The notes under the pieces were generated by a model. The model saw only the letters and a program-made list of their open reading frames with translations, had not been told where the DNA came from and did no database searches. Positions 1-12,154 of a stretch of 50,410 bases of DNA are shown piece by piece. The stretch lies in NCBI GenBank assembly GCA_943704415.1, contig CALSCO010001240.1, positions 1 to 50,410 on the forward strand. The letters run 5' to 3'. This stretch comes from Parvularia atlantis. Taxonomy: Eukaryota. The position numbers and the translations under genes were made by a program. Within the stretch, counting starts at the first letter, position 1; every line of letters starts with the position of its first letter.

Positions 1-187
1 CGTCGTCACGTGCAAGTTGCAGCTGACTTGCCGGTCGACATCGGTCGAATCGCCTCGCGGCTCTGATGCGCGCTCTGCACAAAGGCGCTTAGCGCTCAGC
101 ATGTGGTCGGTGGCGGGCGCATTCCGCCAATAGCGACATGCCGATGAATAACTCAACCAGCCGTTCGGGACCGTGACTGCCTGGAAC

Positions 188-950
188 TCAGAAGCACGGA
201 TGGACGACTCGGACGGGTTGCGGCTGTGCTACTTGAACAAGCAATCTGCATCGAGCGCCGGCCCACGCAGTTTGTGCACGTGCTCCGGCTGTTCATCGCG
301 TACATCTTCGTGGCCATGCGCGTCGCACGATGCCGCCTGCGGATCTTTGACGAGTACTGGTGCGCGTCGCGTGCACCGCGCGCATCGCCTGAGCACACGC
401 GCCGCAGGCAGAGCATCGCCGCGTTCGTGCTTATGGTCATCGCCGCGACCGTGTACTGCGGCTCGCTGCTCGCCTTCTTCCAGTGGTTCCCAGCCGGGCG
501 CACGACGGTCGTAACGGTGGTCCGTGCGCCCGGCACGGCGTCCGCCCGCACAGGCCGGCTCATGTGCGCGCGCACAGTTCACGGTCGTCATCAACCCGAT
601 CATCTGGTCGTTCGTGGCGCTGCCGCTGTTGAACCGGCTGTTCAGGCACGAGCGCGCGCTGGCCGATTTCCGATTTCCAGGACGGTGCGCGGCCTGCGTG
701 CTGCCGCTGCCTCGCCTCGTTCACGTTCACGTGGACCACAGCGATCTCCAACAAGCGCATCGTGCTGAACGACGCCGACATGCCGACATCGTCGAGCACG
801 GGGCGGCACCCGAGCCTGTTTGACCGCGTGCTCACTGGCAGCAGCCCATCGTCGCTCAGCCCGACGGCGAAGACGGCGCTCTCGCCGATGACTAGCACAA
901 GCCTCGGAGGCGGGGACGCCACGGCCGACGCCCCCGCCGCCGCCATGTGA
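188..950 (+). pseudogene. 7TM GPCR-like paralog copy 1, 5'-truncated and frameshifted
   Basis: Exons encoding RLRIFDEYW / RQSIAAFVLMV / INPIIWSF..RHERALA / ISNKRIVLND match the intact paralogs. A 7-nt tandem duplication (cgatttc at 664-670 and 671-677) frameshifts the ALAEFQD motif, and exons 1-4 are not recognisable in 1-190. Confidence 0.7.
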
Positions 951-1100
951 AACGCGCCGTTTCCTCTGGCTGGCTGTCGCTCACTGAACAGTGCAGGCCA
1001 CCGGTCCGTGCACGGGGCCCGTTCCCGCGCGCCGATTGGCCGCGCTCTCCCCCATCGATTCTTCCACGACGCCGTTCGCACGCCGCGCGGCCCTCGCACC

Positions 1101-2657
1101 ATGTCCTCGCCGGTGCCCGTCCTGCCGTACCCGGGCCCGGGCAACGCGTCCACGCTCTTCCCGCCGGGCGGCACGCTCGTGCAGACCGCGGCCGACTGGA
1201 CGACGGGCGAGCGGTGCGCGGCCGCGCGCGGAATCCGCCTCCAGACGCGTCTCACACCTGTCGCTGCCGCGCAGATTCGCCGTGTACTTTGGCGTCGCCG
1301 TGTATGCCTCGACGCTGCTCGCCGTGGCCGTGCTCAACTGGCACCGCGCCGTGCCCTACGTCAAGGCGCGTCTCGTGCGGCTGAAACGCGCTGTCGCGGC
1401 GGCGTCTCAGCTTTTCCTTGCGCCGCGCGGCGCAGATCAAGGGCCTGCCGTTCGTCAACGCGATCGTCTTCTGCGCGAGCCTGTTCTGGTGCGCCCTCCG
1501 CGCGAGCGCGGGTCGCGCGTGAGGGCGCTGACGCGGGCTGCGCGCAGGTTCACGCTGCTCACGAGCATCCGCATTGTCCCGCAGAATGGCGCGTTTCTCG
1601 GTGCGTCGCTGGGCCGCGGCCGTGCCCCAGCCGTCGCTAAGCGGGCGCGGCCGCGGCGCAGTGTGCGACTTGTTCAACATGTGGCTGTTCACGGTCTCGG
1701 GCGCGGGCCTGATGATGGCGCTCGTGGGCCGCGCATACCGCTTCGACCTCATCCTCGTCCAGCGCAAACCCGCCACGGGCTGGCGCGCGCACCTGTTCCC
1801 GTTGCTCATCGGCAGCCCCGTGCTCGTGTACAACGTCATCGGCAGCATCCGGCACTCGGACGGCCCGTGGCTAATGGACAACGGCTGGACGATGTGCCTG
1901 CTCGAGGGGTGGTTCTCGTACGTCGCGGTGCGTGGCATGAGCTAGCACGCGTGCGCGCACTGCTGACGGACACGCAGATCATCCACTACCTGGCCATGTA
2001 CGTCGCGTTCATCGTCATCGCCGTGCGCGTGTCACGCAAGCGGCTGCGCATCTTTGACGAGTACTGGTGCGTGCACCCGCACTCCACGCGCGGCTTGCTC
2101 TCACGCACGCGACGTGCACACCAGGCAGAGCATCTTCTCGTTTGTGATGCTCGTGATCTGCACGGCCATCTACGCCGGCGTCACGGGCTCGGGGAACCAC
2201 TTCTACGCAGCCGGGCGCAGCGCGACCGTGATCGTGGTGCGTTGGCAACGCAGAAGAAGAACGTGCGCACATTAAGCCCGGGCCTCGCCCACGCGCGCGC
2301 GCGCCGCACGGCAGTTCACGCTCGTCACGACCGCGATCATGTGGTCGTTCCTGGCCGCGCCGCTGTTCAACCTGTTCTTCCGCCACGAGCGCGCCCTCGC
2401 CGAGTTCAAGAACGGTGCGCCCCTCGCCCTTGCACCGTGCACGCGCCCGCCCACCCTGTCTGTGCACAGCGATCAGCAACCGGCGCATCCTGCTCAACGA
2501 CGTCGACGACGCGTCCTCGTCGCACACGCGGCGCACTGGCATGCCGATGGGCTCCGAGTCGGCGGCCTCGCCCACGAGCGACCGTGACAGCGCGCTCGAG
2601 ATGAAGAACGCGGCCAGCACGGCCTCGCTCGAGTCGTCGCCCGTCGTCGGCTTCTAG
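1101..2657 (+). CDS. 7TM GPCR-like protein, copy 2 (class C/GABA-B-like membrane domain, short N-terminus); 9 exons
   Basis: Spliced model MSSPVPVLPYPGPGNASTLFPPGGT..DWTTGER|FAVYFGV..NWHRAVPYVK|IKGLPFVNAI..|..CDLFNMWLF..RAYRFDLILVQRK..|..RIFDEYW|RQSIFSF..|..RHERALAEFKN|AISNRRILLND..VVGF*. Seven hydrophobic segments; the introns keep frame and intron 2 has a GC donor at 1366. Confidence 0.85.
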
Positions 2658-2717
2658 TCAGTGAGCGCTGCTTGCTGCTGTTTGTGGTAAGAGGGCGCGG
2701 GTCGCTCTATTTGAGTT

Positions 2718-3209
2718 TGGTCTACGTGCCGCCGTACCCAGGCCCGCCGCCCGGCGCGACGCTCGTGCAGACGGCCGACGACTGGACGGCGAGCTAGCGG
2801 TGCGCCCGCGCCCCATCCGCCGTTGGCCGCTGCTGATCGCGGTGCGCAGCGTCGCCGTGTAGGCAGAGCATCGCCGCGTTCGTGCTCATGGTCGCAGCCA
2901 CCGTGCTCTACGGCGGCGTCATCCTCGTCGGGCTGCACTGGTTCGCGCGACGACGATGATCGTGGTGCGCCGCTGAGCGCCCGCAACGCTGCGCCGCGCC
3001 GCTCACTACTCGGACCCGCACAGCTCACGTTCGTGATCGTCGCCATCATCCTCTGGACGTTCCTCGCCCCGCCGTTCGCCAACCTCCTCTTCCGGCACGA
3101 GCGCGCGCTGGCCGAGTTCAACGAGGGTGCGCTGCTCCCCCGCTGCTGCAGTGCTGCCTCGCTCACGCCGACCGCAGCCATCCGCAACAAGCGCATCATG
3201 CTCGACTGA
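2718..3209 (+). pseudogene. 7TM GPCR-like paralog copy 3, internally deleted pseudogene
   Basis: The exon-1 remnant PPYPGPPPGATLVQTADDWTAS* has GAG>TAG at 2795-2797 and no ATG. Intron 1 runs straight into the RQSIAAFVLMV exon, so exons 2-6 are missing. There are further frameshifts near 2950 and 3207. Confidence 0.85.
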
Positions 3210-3428
3210 CGACATGGACGAGCCCGTCTCCGGCTCCGACGTCGACGTCGGCCGGCGCGTCGCGCGGACGGGCGTGCGTGGGCGCAGGCTCGGTCGACGA
3301 CACGAAGCAGACGCTGAGCATTAATAACCAGGTTGCTGAGACATGAGACAGAGGGTCAGCGATATCGCAGGGGTTTGTTTGGCATCCGCAGTTCGCATCT
3401 TCACACGCACTTCTTCTCTCGGACTGCC

Positions 3429-5030
3429 ATGGACGGCACGGGGCCGCCCGCCTTTAGCCGCAACGCGAGCCAGGTCTTCCCGCCCGGCGCAACGTTTGTG
3501 CGCTCGCCCGCCGACTGGACGCCGGCCGAATGGTGCGCGCCCTCTTAGACTCTCCCTTGGCGCCGCAACCACCACACACCGACCGCGGCGCAGGTTCGCC
3601 GTGTGCTTCGGCGCGGCGTGCTTCAGCGTGACGCTGCTGGCCATGGCCGTGCTCAACGCGCGCCGCGCCGTGCCGTACGTCAAGGTGCACGCACTGAAAC
3701 GCGCCGTCGCGCGCGCGTCTCATGTGCGTCTCGCCATGCAGATCAAGAGCGTCGCGTTCCTCAACGTCGTCGCCGTCTCCGCCACGCTCTTCTGGTGGTG
3801 CTACCGTCATGGTCCCTACCCGTGTGCACGATGCGCCTGACCGCGCGGGGCCGCGTGCAGGTTCGCGGTGCTGTGCAACGTGCGCATCGTCCCGCAGACG
3901 GGCGCGTTCCTCGGTGCGACTCCCAGCCTCCGCGCGCTCCGCTCACGGCCGCATACGTACTGCATTCCGCGCAGCCTGTGACTGGTCCAACATCTGGCTG
4001 TTCATGGTTGCGCCCACGACGCTGCTCGTCGCGCTGATCCAGCGGCTGCACCGCTTCGACCGCGTGCTCGTGCAGCGCAAGCCGGCCGTCGGGTGGCGCG
4101 CGCACGTCCTGCCGCTTTGCCTCTGGCTGCCAGTCCTCGTCTACTGCGCCGTCGGCTCGGGGCTGCGCGCGGACGGGCCGTACGCGTTCGACAACGGCGT
4201 CGTCATGTGCTACCTCTCATTCTGGCTCTCGGCCGTCTTTGTGCGTGCGCCGTCCGATCCGTCTGCCAGTGCGCCTGATCGTGGCCCGCGCAGACACTGC
4301 ACATGGTCGTGCTCTTCGTCGCGTACATCGTCGTCGCACTGCGCGTCGCTCGGGCGCGCACGCGCATCTTCTACGAGTTTTGGTGCCGTGCGCACGCTCA
4401 GCCTGCGTCGGTGGTCGCTGAGCCTCGTGCGCGCCTGCAGGCAGAGCGTGTGCGCGTTCGCGATGATGGTCGTCGTCACGGTTATCTACGCCTCACTCCT
4501 GTTCGGCAGCTATCAGTTTGTGGCGTGGGGCCGGGCCACGATCGTCATCCTCGTGCGTCCCGTTCAGTTACTCTCCTGGAGCTCGCTCTGACGCGGTGCT
4601 GGCAGTTGGCGGTCGCGATCAACCCCGTCATCTGGTCGTTTATCTGCACCCCGCTCTTCAGCCTCCTTTTCCGGCATGAGCGCGCGCTGGCCGAGTTCCA
4701 GGACGGTGCGTCTCGTCGTCCGCTGCTGCTGCCTCACGTCGCTCACGCTGGTTCGCAGCGATCACGAACAAGCGCATCCTCCTCAACGACGTCGACGCGC
4801 CCGGCTCGACCAGCTCGGTCGGCGGCGGCTCGGGCGACGGCACGGGGCGGCAGAGCGCCTCGTCACGCGCCCGCGGCTTTGTCGGACTCTTTGCGCTGCG
4901 CTCGATCGCGCGGCCGGCGCCCGTCACCAACTCGAGCAACGACGACAAGGCCGACGCCGCGGCCGAGAGCTGGGCCGAGCGGCGTCTTTCCCAGCTGACG
5001 CCCCGGGCGAGCAGTGACGCGCCCAACTGA
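3429..5030 (+). CDS. 7TM GPCR-like protein, copy 4
   Basis: MDGTGPPAFSRNASQVFPPGATFVRSPADWTPAEW|..NARRAVPYVK|IKSVAFLNV..|..CDWSNIWLF..RLHRFDRVLVQRK..|..RIFYEFW|RQSVCAF..|..RHERALAEFQD|AITNKRILLND..SDAPN*. Intron positions match copy 2. Confidence 0.85.
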
Positions 5031-5192
5031 TGCACCCACGCAGTCCGAACGGCACCTTGCACATGCCGCGCGTAATGCAGCCGTAGTAGCCCTGCGCTCT
5101 CACGACCTCGTCCGTCGCAGTGTTCTTCGGCGCGTACTAGACCGTCTTGACTGGGAGTGACACATGCGCTGTACAAGTCGTTCGCTCGCTCG

Positions 5193-6817
5193 TCACATCT
5201 CGCGGTCGAGGTCGGCGTGGCCAGCTGTGCTCAGCTCGGCGAGGATCGAGTCGGCGTCGAGTGTGACGGTCACGACGTCACGGCCCGGGTGCGACGTGGG
5301 CGATGCCGCGCCGGGGGCCACGATGCTGCTGTTGCTGCGGATCACGCGCAGGTGCTGCGACGAGCCGTCGTGCGAGCCCGCCGGCGACCGCGCGAAGAAC
5401 GTGCGCGCGAACCAGCCGCGCTGCGCCGTCGAGCCGCTGCCGGCGTCGCCCAGCGCCGACGACGAGCCCGCCTCGAGCGAGCTGTCGGCGACGATGAACT
5501 TGTTGGCGAGCACTGGTCGGCGCTCGTGAGCAAACGCGGTGCAGCCACGCGCGGCACGCACGGAGCTTGAACTCGACCAGCGCCTCCTCGTGGCGGAAGA
5601 GCAGGTTGTAGACGGTCGAGCAGACGAGCACGGTCAGGTAGATGTTGATGCAGCACCCGAGCTGCGGGCCGCGTCAGCGCGTGCGGGCTGGCGGCGCACG
5701 GCTCGCGCGCACCACGAGCGCGATGGCGATGCGCCCCGAGGCCGTGAATGTGGCGTTGATGAGCGACATGACCTGCCGTGCGCCACCCGTGAGCGCAGCG
5801 CGGCAGAGCACGCACCGGCACGCACGCACCGAGATGAAGATGATGCACGTGAGGTATCCGACGAAGCACAGCAGGCTCCGGCTGAACTCGTTGAAGAAGC
5901 GCGTGCGGCTGCGCCAGAGCCGCACAGCGAGCACGACGTACACAAACACGAGCAGCGCGTTGTGCGTGGCCTGCGCGACAAAGTGAGCGCTCGTCAGCGG
6001 GCGAGCGAGCGCTGCCGATCGGCGCGCACCAGGGCGTAGCTCGACGCGTCTGACAGGGAGCACAGCACGCGCGGGCCAGTCGGGAAGTTGATCAGCGTCC
6101 AGGGCCCGCCGAGGCCCAGCGCCGTGCTTGCGGCGGCGTACGGGATGAACAGGCCCCACAGCACGAGCGGCGGCGCGATGGCAATCCAGCCCGAGGCGTC
6201 GCGCTTCTGGCACACGATGAGGTCGAGCCGCCACAGGCGCCAGAGCAGCAGCGAGATCAGGCCCGTCGTCGTGCCGAACCAGAGCCACCCGGGCCAGAAC
6301 CAGCACGCTGCCGGGCAACGGTCAAAGGGGCCGACGCGGAGGCGGCGCGCACCGAGAAACACGCCCGTCTGCGGGATGATCCGCAGGGTGCACAGCGCCG
6401 AGAACCTGCGCGGCGCGGCCTCCCGTGAGCGCCCCGGCATCGCCCCGTAGGCGTGCGCACGCACACACCAAAGCAGCGCGCTGTCGACGAGGATCGCGTT
6501 CAGGAAGCTGACCGAGAGGATCTGCGACGCGGCCGAGACGGCGCGTTTCAGCGTGTGCCCGCACCCTGTGGTGCCGTGTGGCGCGCACCTTGACGTACTT
6601 GACGCTGCGGTTCAGGTTGATGACGGCAAACTGCGCCGCCGTGAGGCCAAACAGCACGCAGCCGGTCACAACAGCGGCCCTGGGACATGACGTCAGTCGC
6701 ACGCGGGGCCGCACGCAGAAAAGCGCGCTCGCACAGCTCGCCCGGCGTCCACTCGGCCACCGACAGCGGCACGCTCGCGTCGGCCGGGAAGGTGAGGTTG
6801 CGCTCAGGGTAGTCCAT
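5193..6817 (-). CDS. 7TM GPCR-like protein, copy 5
   Basis: MDYPERNLTFPADASVPLSVAEWTPGEL..NLNRSVKYVK|ILSVSFLNAIL..RIIPQTGVFL..CWFWPGWLWFG..RLWRLDLIVCQKR..RFFNEFSRS..LLFRHEEALVEFK..DLDREM*. Confidence 0.85.
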
Positions 6818-6940
6818 GCGACGTCGGCCGTGGGGAAGCAATCGTGTCCAAAGCAAAGCAGCCGATTGGTTGTGACGTCCTGCGCGTCGATTGGCCGCAG
6901 CTGACGCGCCAGCAATCTCACTGTTGGGCCGACACCGCGG

Positions 6941-9844
6941 ATGGAGGCGTGGGATCCTGGGCACGCCGTGTCGTGGCGCTTCCGTGTCGTGGGCTTGCTG
7001 CTGGCGGTGCCAACGTTCGCCTTCGCCGCGGCTGCCAACGTCGCGTCGGGCGCGACGTACGTCCTGCTGCTGACAACAGCCGACTACTTCTGGTTCGAGA
7101 TCGCTGGCCAGCTCTTCAGCCTCGGCGTGCTCGCGTTCGCGGCGCTCAGAGAGGGCCGCGGGGAGCTCCGCAAGGCCGCCCGCGACCACTACGATCTCAT
7201 GGCGGAGACGCGCAGCGTGGCCATGCGCCTGTGGATCTGGGCGATGCTCCCGCTGACGGTGTTGCTGCGGGCGGTGCAATGCGTGATGTCGCTCGTGATC
7301 GCCTGCGTCTACTTCCTCCTCGCCGGGGTCCTGCCCATCCTCCTCAGCATGCTCGTCTTCGAGACGAGCGACATGACGGCGCTGCTCGTCGTCATGTGGC
7401 GCAACATCGGCGACGGCACGCTCCTCCTGATCTCTCCCGAGCTCTTCCCGCTCCCCGACGACAACGACGACCAGCACGACGTGAACACGAGGGCCGCCGC
7501 CAGCAGCGACGACACCGCAATCGAGATGACGACATCAGCAGAGCAGCAGAAGGCAGCCTCTGGTGCCGACAAGGGCGCTGCGGGCGCACCGTCGCGGGCG
7601 GCGTTCGGCTTTGCGCTGCTGCTCATGATCGTCAGCATGGCACTGCACGTGTACGACACGTACTCGGACGTCGAGTTTTGCGTGCAGATGTACGTCCTTA
7701 CAGACTACGCGCGATACGGCCTTATCTCCACTCAGGCGGGCACGGCGGCGTTCGTGCTTGCGGTCATCTCGGGCGCAGTAAGCTTCGTCACGTTCATCGG
7801 TTCTTTGGTCGCCGCGGCTTGGATGATCCGGCGCGGCATGCTCACGTGGACGGCGTTTGTGCTCGACTTCAACCCGCTCGCGTCCACGCCGGAGGCGGCC
7901 AAGCACGACCGCTCGCGCCACCTGTCGCCGGTAAAGCTCATGCGGCTGATCGGCCTCTTTTTCGGCAACATGCTGCAGTTTGTGCTCGTGTTGGCCACAA
8001 CTGGCTACTTTGCGAGCGGTGACAGCAGCGAAATCTGGCTGCGCACGACCAAGGCGGCGATCTCTGCCGCCAGTATCGTGCTCACCATCTCGTCGACGTT
8101 TTCCAGCTGGGCAGCCTCGCCTGACGGCACGTACCCGCTCGCTCGGCGCACCATCCTCTTTGCTGCGGGTTTTGTGGTGTACGGTGGCACTCTGGCGCTG
8201 CTCGTTGCTCTATCGGCACTGGGTCGCCTGCCGGGCTCGTCGGTTTGCGCTGCAGGGCGCATCGTCGACTCGGTAAATCAGCTCGGCGTGCTGGCGGTAC
8301 CCTGCGAGCCGTTCACGGGGCGCGTGCTCGTTGTCGGCCTGCTCAACGTTTCCACCGTGCACATCGGGTACAAGTCTCTCAACAAGGGCGCGTACATCTC
8401 TTTCGAAAACAATCCAGGCCTTGTCAGTGTTGCTGCGCCCGAGCTGCGCTACTCCTACAGCAGGTCGTACGACGAGCTCGTGAGCTTCTTCAACAATCCG
8501 CTGCTGGAGGAGGTCAGCATGCCGCTGCTCACGAACGGCACAATCGTTTTTGATGCGAACCCGGCACTGCGGCTCGTCAACGTCTCTTCGCTCTGCGGCG
8601 GCTACGGTCTGGAAGTGCGCTCAACGATTGCTGGGGTGTCGGCCGGCAACGCTGAGGTTCTGCACGTTGTGTGCGGCTGCTTTATGGACACGACTGCGTC
8701 GCTGCTCGGCGGCGATCAGGCTGTCGTCGCGCACCTGGACGTCCTCGAAAACATCGGCTACGCGTACACGGTCAACGTCACCGGCTCGCCGACGCTGCGT
8801 ACTTTGCGCCTGCACAACAACACCGAGCAGTATGCCGACCTGATCCTGGATGCCAATCCGGTGCTCGAGGCAGTTGAGTTCGCCGGCGCTGAGATCTTTG
8901 TCCACATGATGGTTCGCGACAACCCGCTGCTGCACACGCTCGATGTCCCAAACGTGCGAGTTCAGATCGCTCTCGCTGGCTACATCGAGGTTTACAGGAA
9001 CCCGCGGCTTGTCTTCTTCAGCTTGCCAATGCTCCGCAGCGCAAGTGCGCTTTACGTCGGTGGGGCGCTCAACTTCACCAGCCTGTTTCTGCCGAGCCTG
9101 AAGGACGTCAGCCGATACTTCCAGGTGGACACGGTCGATGGTCTGACGAGCATCACTGCTCCGCTGCTCGAAACGGTCGGCAACGTTCGCGTGCTCGAGA
9201 ACGTCAACCTCACCACTCTAAGTCTGCCGTCGCTCTCGCACGTGCGTTCAACCTGCACATGCATTCTCGGCTAATACGCGTGTCTGGCACCGCAGATTTA
9301 TGCGCTGTGCATTCTGCAGAACAACCCTCGTCTGGTCAACGTGGACATGGCCAATGTGGTTTCGGTCGGTGTCAGTGCGGACGACAAGATCTTTGCTGCT
9401 GCGGCACTGTCGCTGCGTCTGTCGACCGTAACCCAGTGGCCCTTCCCCAATCTGCGGCATCTTGCTCTCAGCTGGCTGACCGTGCGGCTTAACGCGGCAC
9501 TCAGCACGATCGATCTAAGCAGCCTCGAGCGTCTCTTCTTCGTCAACCCGTGGCCAGTGGACGCGACAGCGAACCACTTCATCTCGTTCCGGCAGAACCC
9601 AGCTCTCACGAGCGTCAGCGCCAACGTGACCACCCAGATCTACGGCTGCACCGTGCCCGCCGGCGGCAGCGACAACGCGGCGCCGATCAGCGAGGCGTGC
9701 ACGCTCGGCTCATGGACGTCCCTCCAGGTCTTCGACTGCATTGTTGACCCGGCGATGCTGCCGGCATGGAACGCGACGGTGACCGGCCCGAGCGCTCTGT
9801 TCGATGGCTCGATCTGCCGTACTCTGACCGCGTCTTTGGCCTGA
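6941..9844 (+). CDS. Multipass membrane protein: XK-related-like TM region plus C-terminal receptor L-domain/LRR-like ectodomain
   Basis: A 777-aa ORF plus one intron (9242-9295, gtgcgt..cgcag) continuing IYALCILQNNPRL..TASLA*. About 10 hydrophobic helices in the N-terminal half, then CAAGRIVDSVNQLGVLAVPCEPFTGRVLV and many 'NNPxLxxvsxPxL' repeats with N-glycosylation sequons. Confidence 0.75.
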
Positions 9845-9874
9845 CCGCTGTCGAGTGCTGCTTTGCTCTTGTTT

Positions 9875-9930
9875 TGGTTTGCTGTGGTTTGCTGTGGTTT
9901 GCTGTGGTTTGCTGTGGTTTGCTGTGGTTT
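9875..9930. repeat. 10-bp tandem repeat (GCTGTGGTTT)x5 in the convergent 3' intergenic region
   Basis: Perfect head-to-tail copies at 9881-9930 plus a partial copy; no spacers. Confidence 0.95.
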
Positions 9931-10040
9931 CGGTTTCCTGTGCTTGCCCTTGTGTCGGTTGGCCTTCGATTGATTTCCAATCTCTCACATACAGCAGAAC
10001 GCAGCCTGAGGCGTGTTCGCGGCCAGCGCCCTCACCCAAG

Positions 10041-11772
10041 TCACGCCTCGCTCGGGCCGTCCGCCTTGCCCTCGGCGCCGAGGTCGGTCGAGCCGGTGAG
10101 GTCGGCGATGATCGAGTCGACGTCGAGCTTGGCGGTGCTCGGCTGCGGCGACGCGCCGCGCGAGCCGGCCGCCTTGTTGCCGCCGCCCGAGAGCATCGAC
10201 TCGGTCGAGCCGCGCACCTGGCTGAGCTTGACGTTGTCGGCGGCCGTGCGACGTGCGCCATAGCCGCCGCAGCACAGCACGGCCGCGAGCGCCGTGTCGG
10301 CGACGGTGCCGCTGCCCTGGCTGCTGAGCGCGCGCGAGTCGGTCGCGACCGTGCTGTCGACGATGATGCGCCGGTTGTGGACGACTGCGGGCGCGCGGGT
10401 GAGCGTGCTGGGGGTGGGCCGCGAGCACGGCGCACCCTCCGAGAACTCGGCCATGGCCTCGTCGTGGCGGAAGAGCAGGTTGTAGATCGTCCGGCCGATG
10501 AAGATCGACTCGAACGCGGTGATCGCACTGGCGACCTGCGTGCGCCGCGCGTGAGCGGGCGCCGCGCGTGATGACGCAGCTGCGCACACCAGCAGGATGC
10601 ACAGCGAGCGGCCCCAGGCCGCAAACGTGTAGTTGAAGAACACCATCACCTGCGCGGCACCGTCAGCGCGCGCCCGCATACGGCAGGCGCGCCCGCGAGG
10701 GGCACCGTGTAGATCACGACGGCGATCACAAACATCACAAAGGCCACGACGCTCTGCCTGCGCACGGTGCACGCGAATGTGAGCCGGCGGGCACACGAGG
10801 GCGAGCAAGAGGACGCACCAGTACTCGTTGAAGATGCGGTGGCGCGCGTTGCGCAGGCGCACGGCAAAGGTGATGTAGACGAAGGCGAGCAGCAGCAGGT
10901 GGATCATCTGCAAGTCGCGCGCGTGAGCCGCAAGGGCGTCACAGCACGGGCGCGCACGGACGCACGCCGCAGTAGGCGATCGAGTCAAACATGTAGCACA
11001 TGACGACGGGGCGGCCGCCGACGTCGGGGAAGTAGTACGGCCCGTCGCCGCGGATCACGCTCGCAGCGGTCGAGTAGGCCAGGAACGGGAGCCACAGCAG
11101 CGTCGGGAGCAGGTACAGCCGCCAGCCCTTGGCCGACGTGCGCTGGACGATGACCAGGTCGAGGCGGTACAGGCGCAGGATGAGCATGGCGAGGACGCCG
11201 CTGGCCGATCCGAACCAGCCGAAGACGTTCCACAGGTCGCAGACTGGTGCGGGGCGGCCCATGCGTGATGAGCGGGTGATCACGACACGCGCGGTGCAGC
11301 ATGCGCGCGCGCACCCAGGAACGCGCCCGTCTGCGGGATGAGCCGCGTCGACGTGAGGTTGCAGAACCTGCGTACGCGCGCGCACATCCCGGCGTCAGCC
11401 CGCCTCCCCTCGCGAACGGGCCACCGACGCCACCAGTAGAAGAAGGCCAATGCGAACGCTGCATTCAAAAAGTTGACGCTCAATATCTAAGCGTCCAATG
11501 TTTAGCAGTGTATGTATCCGGCGACGCGGCGACGCGCCTTGACGTAGCGCACGTCGCGGTGCACGTTGACGTAGATCAGCCCGGCCGCGTTGACGGCGAA
11601 AAGCGCGCAGCCGACGCACAGCGCGGCGCTGCATCGCGCGGCCGCCGTCAGCACGCGCCGCCCGCGAGAGCGAGACGCACAGCTCGGCACGCGACCACTC
11701 GTCCGGCGACTGCGGCACGGTCGCGCCGGGCGGGAACGACGCCGCAAACGGCAGCGGCGGGTACTGGTCCAT
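10041..11772 (-). CDS. 7TM GPCR-like protein, copy 6
   Basis: MDQYPPLPFAASFPPGATVPQSPDEWSRAEL..NVHRDVRYVK|ILSVNFLNAAF..RLIPQTGAFL..CDLWNVFGWFG..RLYRLDLVIVQR..RIFNEYW|RQSVVAF..LLFRHDEAMAEFSE..ADGPSEA*. Confidence 0.85.
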
Positions 11773-12154
11773 CCCTCTTCCTGCTGCTGCGTACCGTGAG
11801 CGAGCGGACCGCGCAGCGAATGGGAAGCGGCAGGCGGCCCACGAGGAGGGCCGAGAACGTGGCACCACAATACGAGCGGGAAACACGTTGCATTCCTTTG
11901 ACGTGCGCGCGCAGCAGGCCATGGTGGCGCGCACGGCGGCGAGCGCACGGCGCAGCAGATAAGCCGCGCGCAGACGGGCAACGGAACGCAGCGCGCGCAG
12001 GCTGACGACGGGGAGGCGTAAACAGCCTGAGAGCAAAAACAACCTGCCGCCCGTTGTTTCAGCTGCGTCACGGCGCTGTTTCAGCCCTGTTCCCACGCTT
12101 CTGTCTTCCTTCAGTGGCGCCGGTCTTGCAGCATTTGCATCACGAACATACACT

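Noticed and set aside
9875..9930. 10-bp repeat as a CRISPR array or telomeric tract
   Set aside because: It has no spacers and no cas genes nearby, and it is short and internal to a 3' intergenic region; an ordinary minisatellite.
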